Shown: positions 11,674 to 26,277, counted from the first letter of the stretch. The stretch: DNA of 64,000 nucleotides from Picochlorum sp. SENEW3 (GCA_034226945.1 CP120455.1:1-64000), one strand, 5' to 3'. Translations and numbers: made by a program. Notes: generated by a model from the sequence alone, not told the origin.

Positions 11674-12292
11674 AGAGCTGTCACCCATGCGCAGGGAGGG
11701 CCATTAATTTGATTCATAGATTCATAATAAGTCCAATAACACGACCCACGTATGGCCACATTCACAGAGAAGGGTCCCGCACCGTTTCACGGCAATGCCT
11801 TGGCAATTACAGTGGACAGAGCCACGACGTCCAGGACCTCTCTTTCTCCTGATGCGTTTCTGCACGAATCGTTAATTGCCATTCCAATCAATACTGTTGA
11901 ATCAAATCAATGAGACGGCAGAAGAATAAAACCAAGCTCAAGCAGGCGGGTGGCAGTGAGTGTGTTGCGCCAAGAGGAGCACGCTAGCTTGTTCAACCCT
12001 GTGGCTCTATCACTAAACTGTGTCCGCTCCTGTCATCCATTCGACCAGAGACACAATTTCAACAAAACGCTCGTCGTGATATTAGTCCGTAAAAAGATAC
12101 AATAAAAAAGATGCCCGCACAATTGCATCCAATACAATTGTCATGCAATTCTGTTGTCCATTCCGAGAAACTTCCCGAGATGCTACGTCTTTTCTCCCCA
12201 AATCACGGGTGAACGATTAGTCATCCTTGCATTTCGGATTCGATTCAGTCTTGTTCAGACACTACAAAACATAATTCATCGACGAGACCGAA

Positions 12293-12746
12293 ATGATGAT
12301 CAAAACCTGTCTCATTCTCTTGATGTGCACATTGGCATCAACGCACGCCTCTGTGGCGCCTGCTTGTTCAGGTTCCAGATGTTATCTGTGCTCCAATGGA
12401 AACTCTGTCGCGATATTGAATGGTAACGCGTGTTCTTGTGCGGATGGGACACGATGCGAACTTCGTGTCTGGCTCTAGTGAGGGTGCTGCAGTGGTGCCA
12501 CCAGTGATACTACCAAATAATCTTCCCGGGGGCGCCAAGCCTACTGGTGCTTCCTCCAGCTCCGGTGCAGAGTGTAGGCAAAGTGCTCCAGGAGAGGGTG
12601 GAAGCCGCTGCGGATATCTCCCAGACGGCAGGTATCTTGACCTCATTGGGTACTGTGAAGATGAATGCGGTTCGGGTGATTTTGCATGCTGTGAACAGGA
12701 TGATAAGGGCGAATGGATCCCTAACTGCAATGACTGTAAAGCGTAG
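12293..12746 (+). CDS. Small secreted cysteine-rich protein (copy 2; 1-nt insertion near 12463)
   Basis: Same as copy 1 apart from one extra T. Confidence 0.7.
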
Positions 12747-12882
12747 CTTTGGGGGAATGGTGCACCAATGTGATGCAATGCAAATATGATCAGTAACATG
12801 GTGCATTCTATAATGGTAGCGGCTTTTCACCATATTGGTTACGTTCTATTGTATAAAATACAATACATATTATAAATATGTT

Positions 12883-14411
12883 CTATGCAAACCGAAAAGA
12901 ATATCTCTGCTGTTGAACCGACGACGCAGTTTTCGTGATTGGACTGGATGTCTTGTCTTGATCCGATGGCCCAGCCGTGAAGGAAAAGCCAGAATGCACC
13001 GATGACCCATTGGAATGGGCAGATCCGATGGACAAGCCCCTGACATGAAGGGCCTGTCCATATAACGGCGTCCTCTGTCGCGTGTGCTTGGGCGATATCC
13101 TCCTAGAAACCAGCTCCCCGTCATTGTCGTGAGAGAGTGCTGCGCGATGAAAGTCGACTACCACGTGATCATCACCAGCTGCCGTGGCACTTCTCCAGGC
13201 CGTAGAAGCACGTCTTGAGCTGGTGTGTATTCGCTGTCCGTGCTTTCCAACTTTTTGTTTGTGGGCGTATCCGTATGGCTCAGTGCATCTTTCCCTCCCA
13301 CTGATGTTGCCGAATCGGGCGTCCCATAGTCTAGATGACCATCATCTTGCGGGTGCGACAACGTGAGCATGGCCAGCCGCCTCTCATATAATGGCCTAAT
13401 TACCCATGCAAAACATATTGCTACGATTGATCCAGCTACTGTAGAGAAGAATCCCAGCCAGAGACCTTGATTGACCCATCCGAATGGACTGAAAGGCACG
13501 CTGGCTGCAAGACAGCCAGCTCCTCCCACCGACAGGGCCGTGGCACACGTGGCATACCATACCAGTTTCCTCCTCAATATAATATTTGTCACAATGTTTT
13601 TTAACTTCCAGACCAATCGCCACATCTGAAACACGTACAGTGCACAAAATATGCAGTGGACAATGGCAGATGCAGCTGGGAACACGCACGCTGTGCATGG
13701 TTCCAAACCGCACTGGGATGGCGATCCAATCCGATACGTCCCTATGAAATATCCCAATACCGATGTAGGGGAGTCTTCCACTGGTTTGCCATCATATGAC
13801 ACTGCCAGGCTGATCCATGCGGCAACAGATTGCAACCCTATGACCACCGCCAACTGACCTGAAGCAATGGCAACCGCAGCTTTGGATCTCCAAGAGGGCC
13901 TTTTCTCATCTTCCAAATTCGTTCCAATTACTTTCATCGCGGACGCAAAGGTGTGTTGCCTGTATTCGTGTCGGCACAGTGCTCTGAACAAGAACATCAT
14001 TACCATGGTCTGACAAAGAGGAAATAGCAATCCAAGGCACACTGTCAGATACACTCGGCACATCCAACCCTGCGATGTCCATGACGTCACCGTCGATGGG
14101 GCTACTACAGAGTACGGTCCCCAGATGACGTTCAACCTCAATATCTGCACAGCAGCGAGCAAAGCACATACAACGGCTAAATACCATCTGCCCCGAGCTG
14201 ACCGGCGCGTTCCGTTGGCACACGAGAAAGACAGGCTAAACGGGACTCCATACCATCTGCCCCGAGCTGACCGGCGCGTTCCGTTGGCACACGAGAAAGA
14301 CAGGCTAAACGGGACGAGGGTGTATACGAGAACACCCGTGCACAAAGCCACCAAAAGGCCCGAGAGAACCCACACGTAGTATTCGGGTGCCCGAAAGCTG
14401 TTCACTTCCAT
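12883..14411 (-). CDS. Seven-TM GPCR-like protein (copy 2; ATG in frame, 1-nt deletion near 13180)
   Basis: ORFs 13158-14411 and 12883-13164 join to give the same protein as the other copies. Confidence 0.75.
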
Positions 14412-14921
14412 CCCCCCTCAATCAGGCTCCCATGCTCCCAACCGACCAACACCTCTGAACAAATGCACGGTATACACCTCCCTAGAATTCGATCTAGCCT
14501 CTTGGCAACCCGACAACAACGCTACGAGTCACTGCCCTCTTTGAACAAGGCTGCAACTCTCATGCCCTGTTCCAACTCTTCCACAACCGCATGAACATGA
14601 ATGGCATGATCCAATTCTTCTGGGCATCCTCGTGTGTCTTCTGCATCCTCATTCGCGAGATGCTCTTCGTGTCTTCACCCTACACATCGTATTTCTGGGA
14701 TGTGACGACAGAAGACCAAAACAAACGCTATTATTTCCAGTCCGGTCAAAAGAGTGCTGCAACCGGGGAAACGGATTTGTGAAATAAGAAGGGAGAGGAC
14801 CACAAATGCTCACAAGGTCACGTGCGGCATGACTCGGAGGAAAGAGATACATGTATTAAAATTTTGCTGACGCATTGTCGATATCGACTGAATAGGGACG
14901 AAGTTGAACGACGTGCACAGT

Positions 14922-16866
14922 ATGAGTGGGATGCTCGAGAACGGCTTTGGAGGCCACAATGGAGAGTCTCTGAAGCAAAGTCCCAAATCAGATATGTCTT
15001 CTACAGAAAGCGACGCGTCGATGTTGCATAAGACGAGTAAAAAGCATCTGAAGGCATCCCTGAGCAAGGCGTTCCTGTCAAAAGGAATGCCCGTAACCTT
15101 CAAGGACGTGGTGTATACGGTAGTCAACAGTCAGAACAAGAAGGAAAAAATCAATCTTCTGAAAGGCGTCAGCGGATATTTCGAGGTGGGACAGATGGCT
15201 GCTCTCATGGGTCCCTCAGGCTCGGGGAAGTCTACCCTACTTGACGTTCTGGCCGGCAGGAAGACGGTGGGAAAGATTAGCGGTGATATCAAATTTGGAG
15301 GGGAGAAGCCTTCGCGCAACTTCCTCCGTCGTTACACGGGCTATGTGGAACAGACTGACACACTGCTGCCAATCCTGACGGTGGAAGAGATGTTGTTGTA
15401 CACGGCAGATCTCAAGAAGCCGATCTCCGAGTCGAAGAAGAGCAAGATGGATGCAGTGGAGGAGCCCTCGGTGTGTTGGCGCTGGATTCCTGCAGAGACG
15501 TGTTGATTGGGAGTGAGCTGGCTCGAGGCATCTCTGGTGGTCAGGCCAAGAGGGTCAACATCGGTATAGCTTTGATCACAAATCCGAGGGTGTTGTTCTT
15601 GGATGAGCCCACGTCTGGGCTGGATTCGTTTACGGCGAATGAAGTCATGTCGGTGGTCAAGTCTTTGGCATTGATGGGCATCACCGTGTGTGCCACCATT
15701 CACTCGCCAACACCATATGCATTCAGTCTCTTTGATCGCCTGCTTTTGCTCCTCCGCGGAGGCACCGCGTATTTCGGAATTAATGGCTCTGTGGCTCTGG
15801 AGTATTTCCATAGCGTATCTCCTACGGATATCACGGGCTTGCGAGAGGGGGAGAACGAGGCTGAATGGATTGTGGACATCACCACTCTGGCAGACAGACA
15901 AGGGCGACAGGATGACTTTGTGAGGGCCTTCGCCAAGAGCGAGATCAAACTTCAAGGAGACAAAGAAATAGATCATATGCTGCAGAAAACGTCTACATTG
16001 GACGAGCAGACGAAGAAAGACCTTGCAGTCAAGCGTGACACGGTCACCCCCACCTGGTGGGCGCTGAAGACCCTATTCAAGTACAGGACCTCTAAGAATT
16101 ATCGGTCTCCAGAGTTCCTTGGGCCTCGCGTGATGGATAAATTGATCTTCTCAATCATCATCTTCACACTCTATTGGGCAATTGGGAACAAGTTGACGCC
16201 AGACAACTACATCAATATTGCTGCCGTCCTCTTTATGTGGTGTACATTGCCTGCCTTTGGTGCGGCATCCTATGTGCCAGCTATCGTCTTGGAACGTCCT
16301 TTGTTCGTAAGGGAAAGAAGCGACGGCCTGTATAAGGTAGTGACGTACCTGTCGTACAAAATCTGTGAAGAGCTGGTGTTGCCCTGCTGAGCAGTCTGAT
16401 CTTTTCCAATGTCGTGTTCTGGCCGATTAAGTTCCAGGGTCAATGGGTGCTATTTTGGCTTGTGTACTATGCGACACTGGGGTGTGGCATTGTCGTGGCT
16501 TATTTCGTAGCTGCTCTCTCGCCCAACATGGACGTAGCCAATGCAGCACTGCCTTCCTATGTGGTCACCCTGCTTTTCTTTTCAGGTTTCTTGCTGAGAT
16601 GGTCGGACATTCCAAAATGGTGGCAATGGTATGGATACATTAATTTTCTGCGGTATGCCTGGGGCTCACTGATGGTGAATCAATTTGGTGGCTTTGATTC
16701 ATTGCCGCCTTTTGTGAGCGACCCAGAGCCCATATCCATCCTTGATTATTACTCTCTTGGAGGTGTGTCCAAGTGGGCTTGGTTTGGCATTGAGCTCGCC
16801 TTCTTCGTAGTTTTCTTCTTCTTTGCATTCCTTGCCTTGACCTATGTCAGACACGTGAGGCGTTGA
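14922..16866 (+). CDS. ABCG half-transporter (copy 2; apparent frameshifts)
   Basis: Same motifs as copy 1. Confidence 0.9.
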
Positions 16867-16979
16867 ATGCATTTCTTTTGGGATTTGATTCATTCATTCA
16901 TTGATTTGATAACTGTACTAAATACTACTACCAATATTCTTACATGTAATGTATAAAATATCACGAATCACGACATGAT

Positions 16980-17605
16980 TTAATTATATGAACCATGGAG
17001 GAATGGGTCTAAAGGCTTTCCTAAAGAGTAGACGACAAATCCAATGTCCCTCAACTTGTCATGATCCAAAATATTCCTTCCATCAAAAATGAAAGCTGGC
17101 TTCACCATAGAGTCGTAGATCTTTTGGTAGTCGTATTCCTTGAACTCGTCCCATTCTGTCAACACACAAATTGCATGAGCTCCAGAGACAGCATCCATTG
17201 GATCCTTTGCAATGGTGATGTTCTCCACACCTGTGGGAGCAGCATGGGCCACCGGGTGGTCCCACTCAAATTTGGGAGTGGTCAGATCTCGTCTGACCTG
17301 CTTTTCTTCCACCTTGGGATCATATATGTACAAATCAGCCCCGTCAGCCATCAGCCCTTTGCACACATCGATGGCTGGCGTCTCACGGGTGTCTCCAGTG
17401 TCCTTCTTGAAAGCAAAGCCATAAATGGCAATTTTCTTCTTCTTAATCGTGTTAAACATAGCAGAAATGACACGTTCGACAAACCTCTGCTTCTGATAGT
17501 CGTTCATGGTGACCACAGAGTGCCAGTATTTGGCAACGTCGGACAGCCCGACACTCTCACAAATGTACACCAGGTTCAGAATGTCCTTCTGGAAGCAAGA
17601 TCCGC
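16980..17605 (-). pseudogene. 5'-truncated UDP-glucose dehydrogenase fragment (copy 2)
   Basis: As copy 1. Confidence 0.9.
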
Positions 17606-18225
17606 AGAGCTGTCACCCATGCGCAGGGAGGGCCATTAATTTGATTCATAGATTCATAATAAGTCCAATAACACGACCCACGTATGGCCACATTCACAGA
17701 GAAGGGTCCCGCACCGTTTCACGGCAATGCCTTGGCAATTACAGTGGACAGAGCCACGACGTCCAGGACCTCTCTTTCTCCTGATGCGTTTCTGCACGAA
17801 TCGTTAATTGCCATTCCAATCAATACTGTTGAATCAAATCAATGAGACGGCAGAAGAATAAAACCAGCTTCAAGCAGGCGGGTGGCAGTGAGTGTGTTGC
17901 GCCAAGAGGAGCACGCTAAGCTTGTTCAACCCTGTGGCTCTATCACTAAACTGTGTCCGCTCCTGTCATCCATTCGACCAGAGACACAATTTCAACAAAA
18001 CGCTCGTCGTGATATTAGTCCGTAAAAAGATACAATAAAAAAGATGCCCGCACAATTGCATCCAATACAATTGTCATGCAATTCTGTTGTCCATTCCGAG
18101 AAACTTCCCGAGATGCTACGTCTTTTCTCCCCAAATCACGGGTGAACGATTAGTCATCCTTGCATTTCGGATTCGATTCAGTCTTGTTCAGACACTACAA
18201 AACATAATTCATCGACGAGACCGAA

Positions 18226-18678
18226 ATGATGATCAAAACCTGTCTCATTCTCTTGATGTGCACATTGGCATCAACGCACGCCTCTGTGGCGCCTGCTTGT
18301 TCAGGTTCCAGATGTTATCTGTGCTCCAATGGAAACTCTGTCGCGATATTGAATGGTAACGCGTGTTCTTGTGCGGATGGGACACGATGCGAACTCGTGT
18401 CTGGCTCTAGTGAGGGTGCTGCAGTGGTGCCACCAGTGATACTACCAAATAATCTTCCCGGGGGCGCCAAGCCTACTGGTGCTTCCTCCAGCTCCGGTGC
18501 AGAGTGTAGGCAAAGTGCTCCAGGAGAGGGTGGAAGCCGCTGCGGATATCTCCCAGACGGCAGGTATCTTGACCTCATTGGGTACTGTGAAGATGAATGC
18601 GGTTCGGGTGATTTTGCATGCTGTGAACAGGATGATAAGGGCGAATGGATCCCTAACTGCAATGACTGTAAAGCGTAG
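18226..18678 (+). CDS. Small secreted cysteine-rich protein (copy 3)
   Basis: Identical 150 aa ORF. Confidence 0.75.
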   Translation: MMIKTCLILLMCTLASTHASVAPACSGSRCYLCSNGNSVAILNGNACSCADGTRCELVSGSSEGAAVVPPVILPNNLPGGAKPTGASSSSGAECRQSAPGEGGSRCGYLPDGRYLDLIGYCEDECGSGDFACCEQDDKGEWIPNCNDCKA

Positions 18679-18814
18679 CTTTGGGGGAATGGTGCACCAA
18701 TGTGATGCAATGCAAATATGATCAGTAACATGGTGCATTCTATAATGGTAGCGGCTTTTCACCATATTGGTTACGTTCTATTGTATAAAATACAATACAT
18801 ATTATAAATATGTT

Positions 18815-20343
18815 CTATGCAAACCGAAAAGAATATCTCTGCTGTTGAACCGACGACGCAGTTTTCGTGATTGGACTGGATGTCTTGTCTTGATCCGATG
18901 GCCCAGCCGTGAAGGAAAAGCCAGAATGCACCGATGACCCATTGGAATGGGCAGATCCGATGGACAAGCCCCTGACATGAAGGGCCTGTCCATATAACGG
19001 CGTCCTCTGTCGCGTGTGCTTGGGCGATATCCTCCTAGAAACCAGCTCCCCGTCATTGTCGTGAGAGAGTGCTGCGCGATGAAAGTCGACTACCACGTGA
19101 TCATCACCAGCTTGCCGTGGCACTTCTCCAGGCCGTAGAAGCACGTCTTGAGCTGGTGTGTATTCGCTGTCCGTGCTTTCCAACTTTTTGTTTGTGGGCG
19201 TATCCGTATGGCTCAGTGCATCTTTCCCTCCCACTGATGTTGCCGAATCGGGCGTCCCATAGTCTAGATGACCATCATCTTGCGGGTGCGACAACGTGAG
19301 CATGGCCAGCCGCCTCTCATATAATGGCCTAATTACCCATGCAAAACATATTGCTACGATTGATCCAGCTACTGTAGAGAAGAATCCCAGCCAGAGACCT
19401 TGATTGACCCATCCGAATGGACTGAAAGGCACGCTGGCTGCAAGACAGCCAGCTCCTCCCACCGACAGGGCCGTGGCACACGTGGCATACCATACCAGTT
19501 TCCTCCTCAATATAATATTTGTCACAATGTTTTTTAACTTCCAGACCAATCGCCACATCTGAAACACGTACAGTGCACAAAATATGCAGTGGACAATGGC
19601 AGATGCAGCTGGGAACACGCACGCTGTGCATGGTTCCAAACCGCACTGGGATGGCGATCCAATCCGATACGTCCCTATGAAATATCCCAATACCGATGTA
19701 GGGGAGTCTTCCACTGGTTTGCCATCATATGACACTGCCAGGCTGATCCATGCGGCAACAGATTGCAACCCTATGACCACCGCCAACTGACCTGAAGCAA
19801 TGGCAACCGCAGCTTTGGATCTCCAAGAGGGCCTTTTCTCATCTTCCAAATTCGTTCCAATTACTTTCATCGCGGACGCAAAGGTGTGTTGCCTGTATTC
19901 GTGTCGGCACAGTGCTCTGAACAAGAACATCATTACCATGGTCTGACAAAGAGGAAATAGCAATCCAAGGCACACTGTCAGATACACTCGGCACATCCAA
20001 CCCTGCGATGTCCATGACGTCACCGTCGATGGGGCTACTACAGAGTACGGTCCCCAGATGACGTTCAACCTCAATATCTGCACAGCAGCGAGCAAAGCAC
20101 ATACAACGGCTAAATACCATCTGCCCCGAGCTGACCGGCGCGTTCCGTTGGCACACGAGAAAGACAGGCTAAACGGGACTCCATACCATCTGCCCCGAGC
20201 TGACCGGCGCGTTCCGTTGGCACACGAGAAAGACAGGCTAAACGGGACGAGGGTGTATACGAGAACACCCGTGCACAAAGCCACCAAAAGGCCCGAGAGA
20301 ACCCACACGTAGTATTCGGGTGCCCGAAGCTGTTCACTTCCAT
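18815..20343 (-). CDS. Seven-TM GPCR-like protein (copy 3)
   Basis: As copy 1. Confidence 0.75.
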
Positions 20344-20853
20344 CCCCCCTCAATCAGGCTCCCATGCTCCCAACCGACCAACACCTCTGAACAAATGCAC
20401 GGTATACACCTCCCTAGAATTCGATCTAGCCTCTTGGCAACCCGACAACAACGCTACGAGTCACTGCCCTCTTTGAACAAGGCTGCAACTCTCATGCCCT
20501 GTTCCAACTCTTCCACAACCGCATGAACATGAATGGCATGATCCAATTCTTCTGGGCATCCTCGTGTGTCTTCTGCATCCTCATTCGCGAGATGCTCTTC
20601 GTGTCTTCACCCTACACATCGTATTTCTGGGATGTGACGACAGAAGACCAAAACAAACGCTATTATTTCCAGTCCGGTCAAAAGAGTGCTGCAACCGGGG
20701 AAACGGATTTGTGAAATAAGAAGGGAGAGGACCACAAATGCTCACAAGGTCACGTGCGGCATGACTCGGAGGAAAGAGATACATGTATTAAAATTTTGCT
20801 GACGCATTGTCGATATCGACTGAATAGGGACGAAGTTGAACGACGTGCACAGT

Positions 20854-22801
20854 ATGAGTGGGATGCTCGAGAACGGCTTTGGAGGCCACAATGGAGAGTC
20901 TCTGAAGCAAAGTCCCAAATCAGATATGTCTTCTACAGAAAGCGACGCGTCGATGTTGCATAAGACGAGTAAAAAGCATCTGAAGGCATCCCTGAGCAAG
21001 GCGTTCCTGTCAAAAGGAATGCCCGTAACCTTCAAGGACGTGGTGTATACGGTAGTCAACAGTCAGAACAAGAAGGAAAAAATCAATCTTCTGAAAGGCG
21101 TCAGCGGATATTTCGAGGTGGGACAGATGGCTGCTCTCATGGGTCCCTCAGGCTCGGGGAAGTCTACCCTACTTGACGTTCTGGCCGGCAGGAAGACGGT
21201 GGGAAAGATTAGCGGTGATATCAAATTTGGAGGGGAGAAGCCTTCGCGCAACTTCCTCCGTCGTTACACGGGCTATGTGGAACAGACTGACACACTGCTG
21301 CCAATCCTGACGGTGGAAGAGATGTTGTTGTACACGGCAGATCTCAAGAAGCCGATCTCCGAGTCGAAGAAGAGCAAGATGGATGCAGTGGAGGAGCTCC
21401 TCGGTGTGTTGGCGCTGGATTCCTGCAGAGACGTGTTGATTGGGAGTGAGCTGGCTCGAGGCATCTCTGGTGGTCAGGCCAAGAGGGTCAACATCGGTAT
21501 AAGCTTTGATCACAAATCCGAGGGTGTTGTTCTTGGATGAGCCCACGTCTGGGCTGGATTCGTTTACGGCGAATGAAGTCATGTCGGTGGTCAAGTCTTT
21601 GGCATTGATGGGCATCACCGTGTGTGCCACCATTCACTCGCCAACACCATATGCATTCAGTCTCTTTGATCGCCTGCTTTTGCTCCTCCGCGGAGGCACC
21701 GCGTATTTCGGAATTAATGGCTCTGTGGCTCTGGAGTATTTCCATAGCGTATCTCCTACGGATATCACGGGCTTGCGAGAGGGGGAGAACGAGGCTGAAT
21801 GGATTGTGGACATCACCACTCTGGCAGACAGACAAGGGCGACAGGATGACTTTGTGAGGGCCTTCGCCAAGAGCGAGATCAAACTTCAAGGAGACAAAGA
21901 AATAGATCATATGCTGCAGAAAACGTCTACATTGGACGAGCAGACGAAGAAAGACCTTGCAGTCAAGCGTGACACGGTCACCCCCACCTGGTGGGCGCTG
22001 AAGACCCTATTCAAGTACAGGACCTCTAAGAATTATCGGTCTCCAGAGTTCCTTGGGCCTCGCGTGATGGATAAATTGATCTTCTCAATCATCATCTTCA
22101 CACTCTATTGGGCAATTGGGAACAAGTTGACGCCAGACAACTACATCAATATTGCTGCCGTCCTCTTTATGTGGTGTACATTGCCTGCCTTTGGTGCGGC
22201 ATCCTATGTGCCAGCTATCGTCTTGGAACGTCCTTTGTTCGTAAGGGAAAGAAGCGACGGCCTGTATAAGGTAGTGACGTACCTGTCGTACAAAATCTGT
22301 GAAGAGCTTGGTGTTGCCCTGCTGAGCAGTCTGATCTTTTCCAATGTCGTGTTCTGGCCGATTAAGTTCCAGGGTCAATGGGTGCTATTTTGGCTTGTGT
22401 ACTATGCGACACTGGGGTGTGGCATTGTCGTGGCTTATTTCGTAGCTGCTCTCTCGCCCAACATGGACGTAGCCAATGCAGCACTGCCTTCCTATGTGGT
22501 CACCCTGCTTTTCTTTTCAGGTTTCTTGCTGAGATGGTCGGACATTCCAAAATGGTGGCAATGGTATGGATACATTAATTTTCTGCGGTATGCCTGGGGC
22601 TCACTGATGGTGAATCAATTTGGTGGCTTTGATTCATTGCCGCCTTTTGTGAGCGACCCAGAGCCCATATCCATCCTTGATTATTACTCTCTTGGAGGTG
22701 TGTCCAAGTGGGCTTGGTTTGGCATTGAGCTCGCCTTCTTCGTAGTTTTCTTCTTCTTTGCATTCCTTGCCTTGACCTATGTCAGACACGTGAGGCGTTG
22801 A
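20854..22801 (+). CDS. ABCG half-transporter (copy 3; single apparent frameshift near 21501)
   Basis: ORFs 20836-21540 and 21506-22801 join by removing one A in GGTATAAGCTTTG. Confidence 0.9.
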
Positions 22802-22914
22802 ATGCATTTCTTTTGGGATTTGATTCATTCATTCATTGATTTGATAACTGTACTAAATACTACTACCAATATTCTTACATGTAATGTATAAAATATCACG
22901 AATCACGACATGAT

Positions 22915-23540
22915 TTAATTATATGAACCATGGAGGAATGGGTCTAAAGGCTTTCCTAAAGAGTAGACGACAAATCCAATGTCCCTCAACTTGTCATGAT
23001 CCAAAATATTCCTTCCATCAAAAATGAAAGCTGGCTTCACCATAGAGTCGTAGATCTTTTGGTAGTCGTATTCCTTGAACTCGTCCCATTCTGTCAACAC
23101 ACAAATTGCATGAGCTCCAGAGACAGCATCCATTGGATCCTTTGCAATGGTGATGTTCTCCACACCTGTGGGAGCAGCATGGGCCACCGGGTGGTCCCAC
23201 TCAAATTTGGGAGTGGTCAGATCTCGTCTGACCTGCTTTTCTTCCACCTTGGGATCATATATGTACAAATCAGCCCCGTCAGCCATCAGCCCTTTGCACA
23301 CATCGATGGCTGGCGTCTCACGGGTGTCTCCAGTGTCCTTCTTGAAAGCAAAGCCATAAATGGCAATTTTCTTCTTCTTAATCGTGTTAAACATAGCAGA
23401 AATGACACGTTCGACAAACCTCTGCTTCTGATAGTCGTTCATGGTGACCACAGAGTGCCAGTATTTGGCAACGTCGGACAGCCCGACACTCTCACAAATG
23501 TACACCAGGTTCAGAATGTCCTTCTGGAAGCAAGATCCGC
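22915..23540 (-). pseudogene. 5'-truncated UDP-glucose dehydrogenase fragment (copy 3)
   Basis: As copy 1. Confidence 0.9.
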
Positions 23541-24159
23541 AGAGCTGTCACCCATGCGCAGGGAGGGCCATTAATTTGATTCATAGATTCATAATAAGTC
23601 CAATAACACGACCCACGTATGGCCACATTCACAGAGAAGGGTCCCGCACCGTTTCACGGCAATGCCTTGGCAATTACAGTGGACAGAGCCACGACGTCCA
23701 GGACCTCTCTTTCTCCTGATGCGTTTCTGCACGAATCGTTAATTGCCATTCCAATCAATACTGTTGAATCAAATCAATGAGACGGCAGAAGAATAAAACC
23801 AGCCTCAAGCAGGCGGGTGGCAGTGAGTGTGTTGCGCCAAGAGGAGCACGCTAGCTTGTTCAACCCTGTGGCTCTATCACTAAACTGTGTCCGCTCCTGT
23901 CATCCATTCGACCAGAGACACAATTTCAACAAAACGCTCGTCGTGATATTAGTCCGTAAAAAGATACAATAAAAAAGATGCCCGCACAATTGCATCCAAT
24001 ACAATTGTCATGCAATTCTGTTGTCCATTCCGAGAAACTTCCCGAGATGCTACGTCTTTTCTCCCCAAATCACGGGTGAACGATTAGTCATCCTTGCATT
24101 TCGGATTCGATTCAGTCTTGTTCAGACACTACAAAACATAATTCATCGACGAGACCGAA

Positions 24160-24612
24160 ATGATGATCAAAACCTGTCTCATTCTCTTGATGTGCACATT
24201 GGCATCAACGCACGCCTCTGTGGCGCCTGCTTGTTCAGGTTCCAGATGTTATCTGTGCTCCAATGGAAACTCTGTCGCGATATTGAATGGTAACGCGTGT
24301 TCTTGTGCGGATGGGACACGATGCGAACTCGTGTCTGGCTCTAGTGAGGGTGCTGCAGTGGTGCCACCAGTGATACTACCAAATAATCTTCCCGGGGGCG
24401 CCAAGCCTACTGGTGCTTCCTCCAGCTCCGGTGCAGAGTGTAGGCAAAGTGCTCCAGGAGAGGGTGGAAGCCGCTGCGGATATCTCCCAGACGGCAGGTA
24501 TCTTGACCTCATTGGGTACTGTGAAGATGAATGCGGTTCGGGTGATTTTGCATGCTGTGAACAGGATGATAAGGGCGAATGGATCCCTAACTGCAATGAC
24601 TGTAAAGCGTAG
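24160..24612 (+). CDS. Small secreted cysteine-rich protein (copy 4)
   Basis: Identical 150 aa ORF. Confidence 0.75.
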   Translation: MMIKTCLILLMCTLASTHASVAPACSGSRCYLCSNGNSVAILNGNACSCADGTRCELVSGSSEGAAVVPPVILPNNLPGGAKPTGASSSSGAECRQSAPGEGGSRCGYLPDGRYLDLIGYCEDECGSGDFACCEQDDKGEWIPNCNDCKA

Positions 24613-24748
24613 CTTTGGGGGAATGGTGCACCAATGTGATGCAATGCAAATATGATCAGTAACATGGTGCATTCTATAATGGTAGCGGCTTTTCACCATA
24701 TTGGTTACGTTCTATTGTATAAAATACAATACATATTATAAATATGTT

Positions 24749-26277
24749 CTATGCAAACCGAAAAGAATATCTCTGCTGTTGAACCGACGACGCAGTTTTC
24801 GTGATTGGACTGGATGTCTTGTCTTGATCCGATGGCCCAGCCGTGAAGGAAAAGCCAGAATGCACCGATGACCCATTGGAATGGGCAGATCCGATGGACA
24901 AGCCCCTGACATGAAGGGCCTGTCCATATAACGGCGTCCTCTGTCGCGTGTGCTTGGGCGATATCCTCCTAGAAACCAGCTCCCCGTCATTGTCGTGAGA
25001 GAGTGCTGCGCGATGAAAGTCGACTACCACGTGATCATCACCAGCTTGCCGTGGCACTTCTCCAGGCCGTAGAAGCACGTCTTGAGCTGGTGTGTATTCG
25101 CTGTCCGTGCTTTCCAACTTTTTGTTTGTGGGCGTATCCGTATGGCTCAGTGCATCTTTCCCTCCCACTGATGTTGCCGAATCGGGCGTCCCATAGTCTA
25201 GATGACCATCATCTTGCGGGTGCGACAACGTGAGCATGGCCAGCCGCCTCTCATATAATGGCCTAATTACCCATGCAAAACATATTGCTACGATTGATCC
25301 AGCTACTGTAGAGAAGAATCCCAGCCAGAGACCTTGATTGACCCATCCGAATGGACTGAAAGGCACGCTGGCTGCAAGACAGCCAGCTCCTCCCACCGAC
25401 AGGGCCGTGGCACACGTGGCATACCATACCAGTTTCCTCCTCAATATAATATTTGTCACAATGTTTTTTAACTTCCAGACCAATCGCCACATCTGAAACA
25501 CGTACAGTGCACAAAATATGCAGTGGACAATGGCAGATGCAGCTGGGAACACGCACGCTGTGCATGGTTCCAAACCGCACTGGGATGGCGATCCAATCCG
25601 ATACGTCCCTATGAAATATCCCAATACCGATGTAGGGGAGTCTTCCACTGGTTTGCCATCATATGACACTGCCAGGCTGATCCATGCGGCAACAGATTGC
25701 AACCCTATGACCACCGCCAACTGACCTGAAGCAATGGCAACCGCAGCTTTGGATCTCCAAGAGGGCCTTTTCTCATCTTCCAAATTCGTTCCAATTACTT
25801 TCATCGCGGACGCAAAGGTGTGTTGCCTGTATTCGTGTCGGCACAGTGCTCTGAACAAGAACATCATTACCATGGTCTGACAAAGAGGAAATAGCAATCC
25901 AAGGCACACTGTCAGATACACTCGGCACATCCAACCCTGCGATGTCCATGACGTCACCGTCGATGGGGCTACTACAGAGTACGGTCCCCAGATGACGTTC
26001 AACCTCAATATCTGCACAGCAGCGAGCAAAGCACATACAACGGCTAAATACCATCTGCCCCGAGCTGACCGGCGCGTTCCGTTGGCACACGAGAAAGACA
26101 GGCTAAACGGGACTCCATACCATCTGCCCCGAGCTGACCGGCGCGTTCCGTTGGCACACGAGAAAGACAGGCTAAACGGGACGAGGGTGTATACGAGAAC
26201 ACCCGTGCACAAAGCCACCAAAAGGCCCGAGAGAACCCACACGTAGTATTCGGGTGCCCGAAGCTGTTCACTTCCAT
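24749..26277 (-). CDS. Seven-TM GPCR-like protein (copy 4)
   Basis: As copy 1. Confidence 0.75.

Noticed and set aside
11638..11760. Chimeric protein created across the amplification junction
   Set aside because: In the UGD frame a TGA occurs three codons upstream of the junction; the + strand ORFs crossing it are antisense shadows of UGD.
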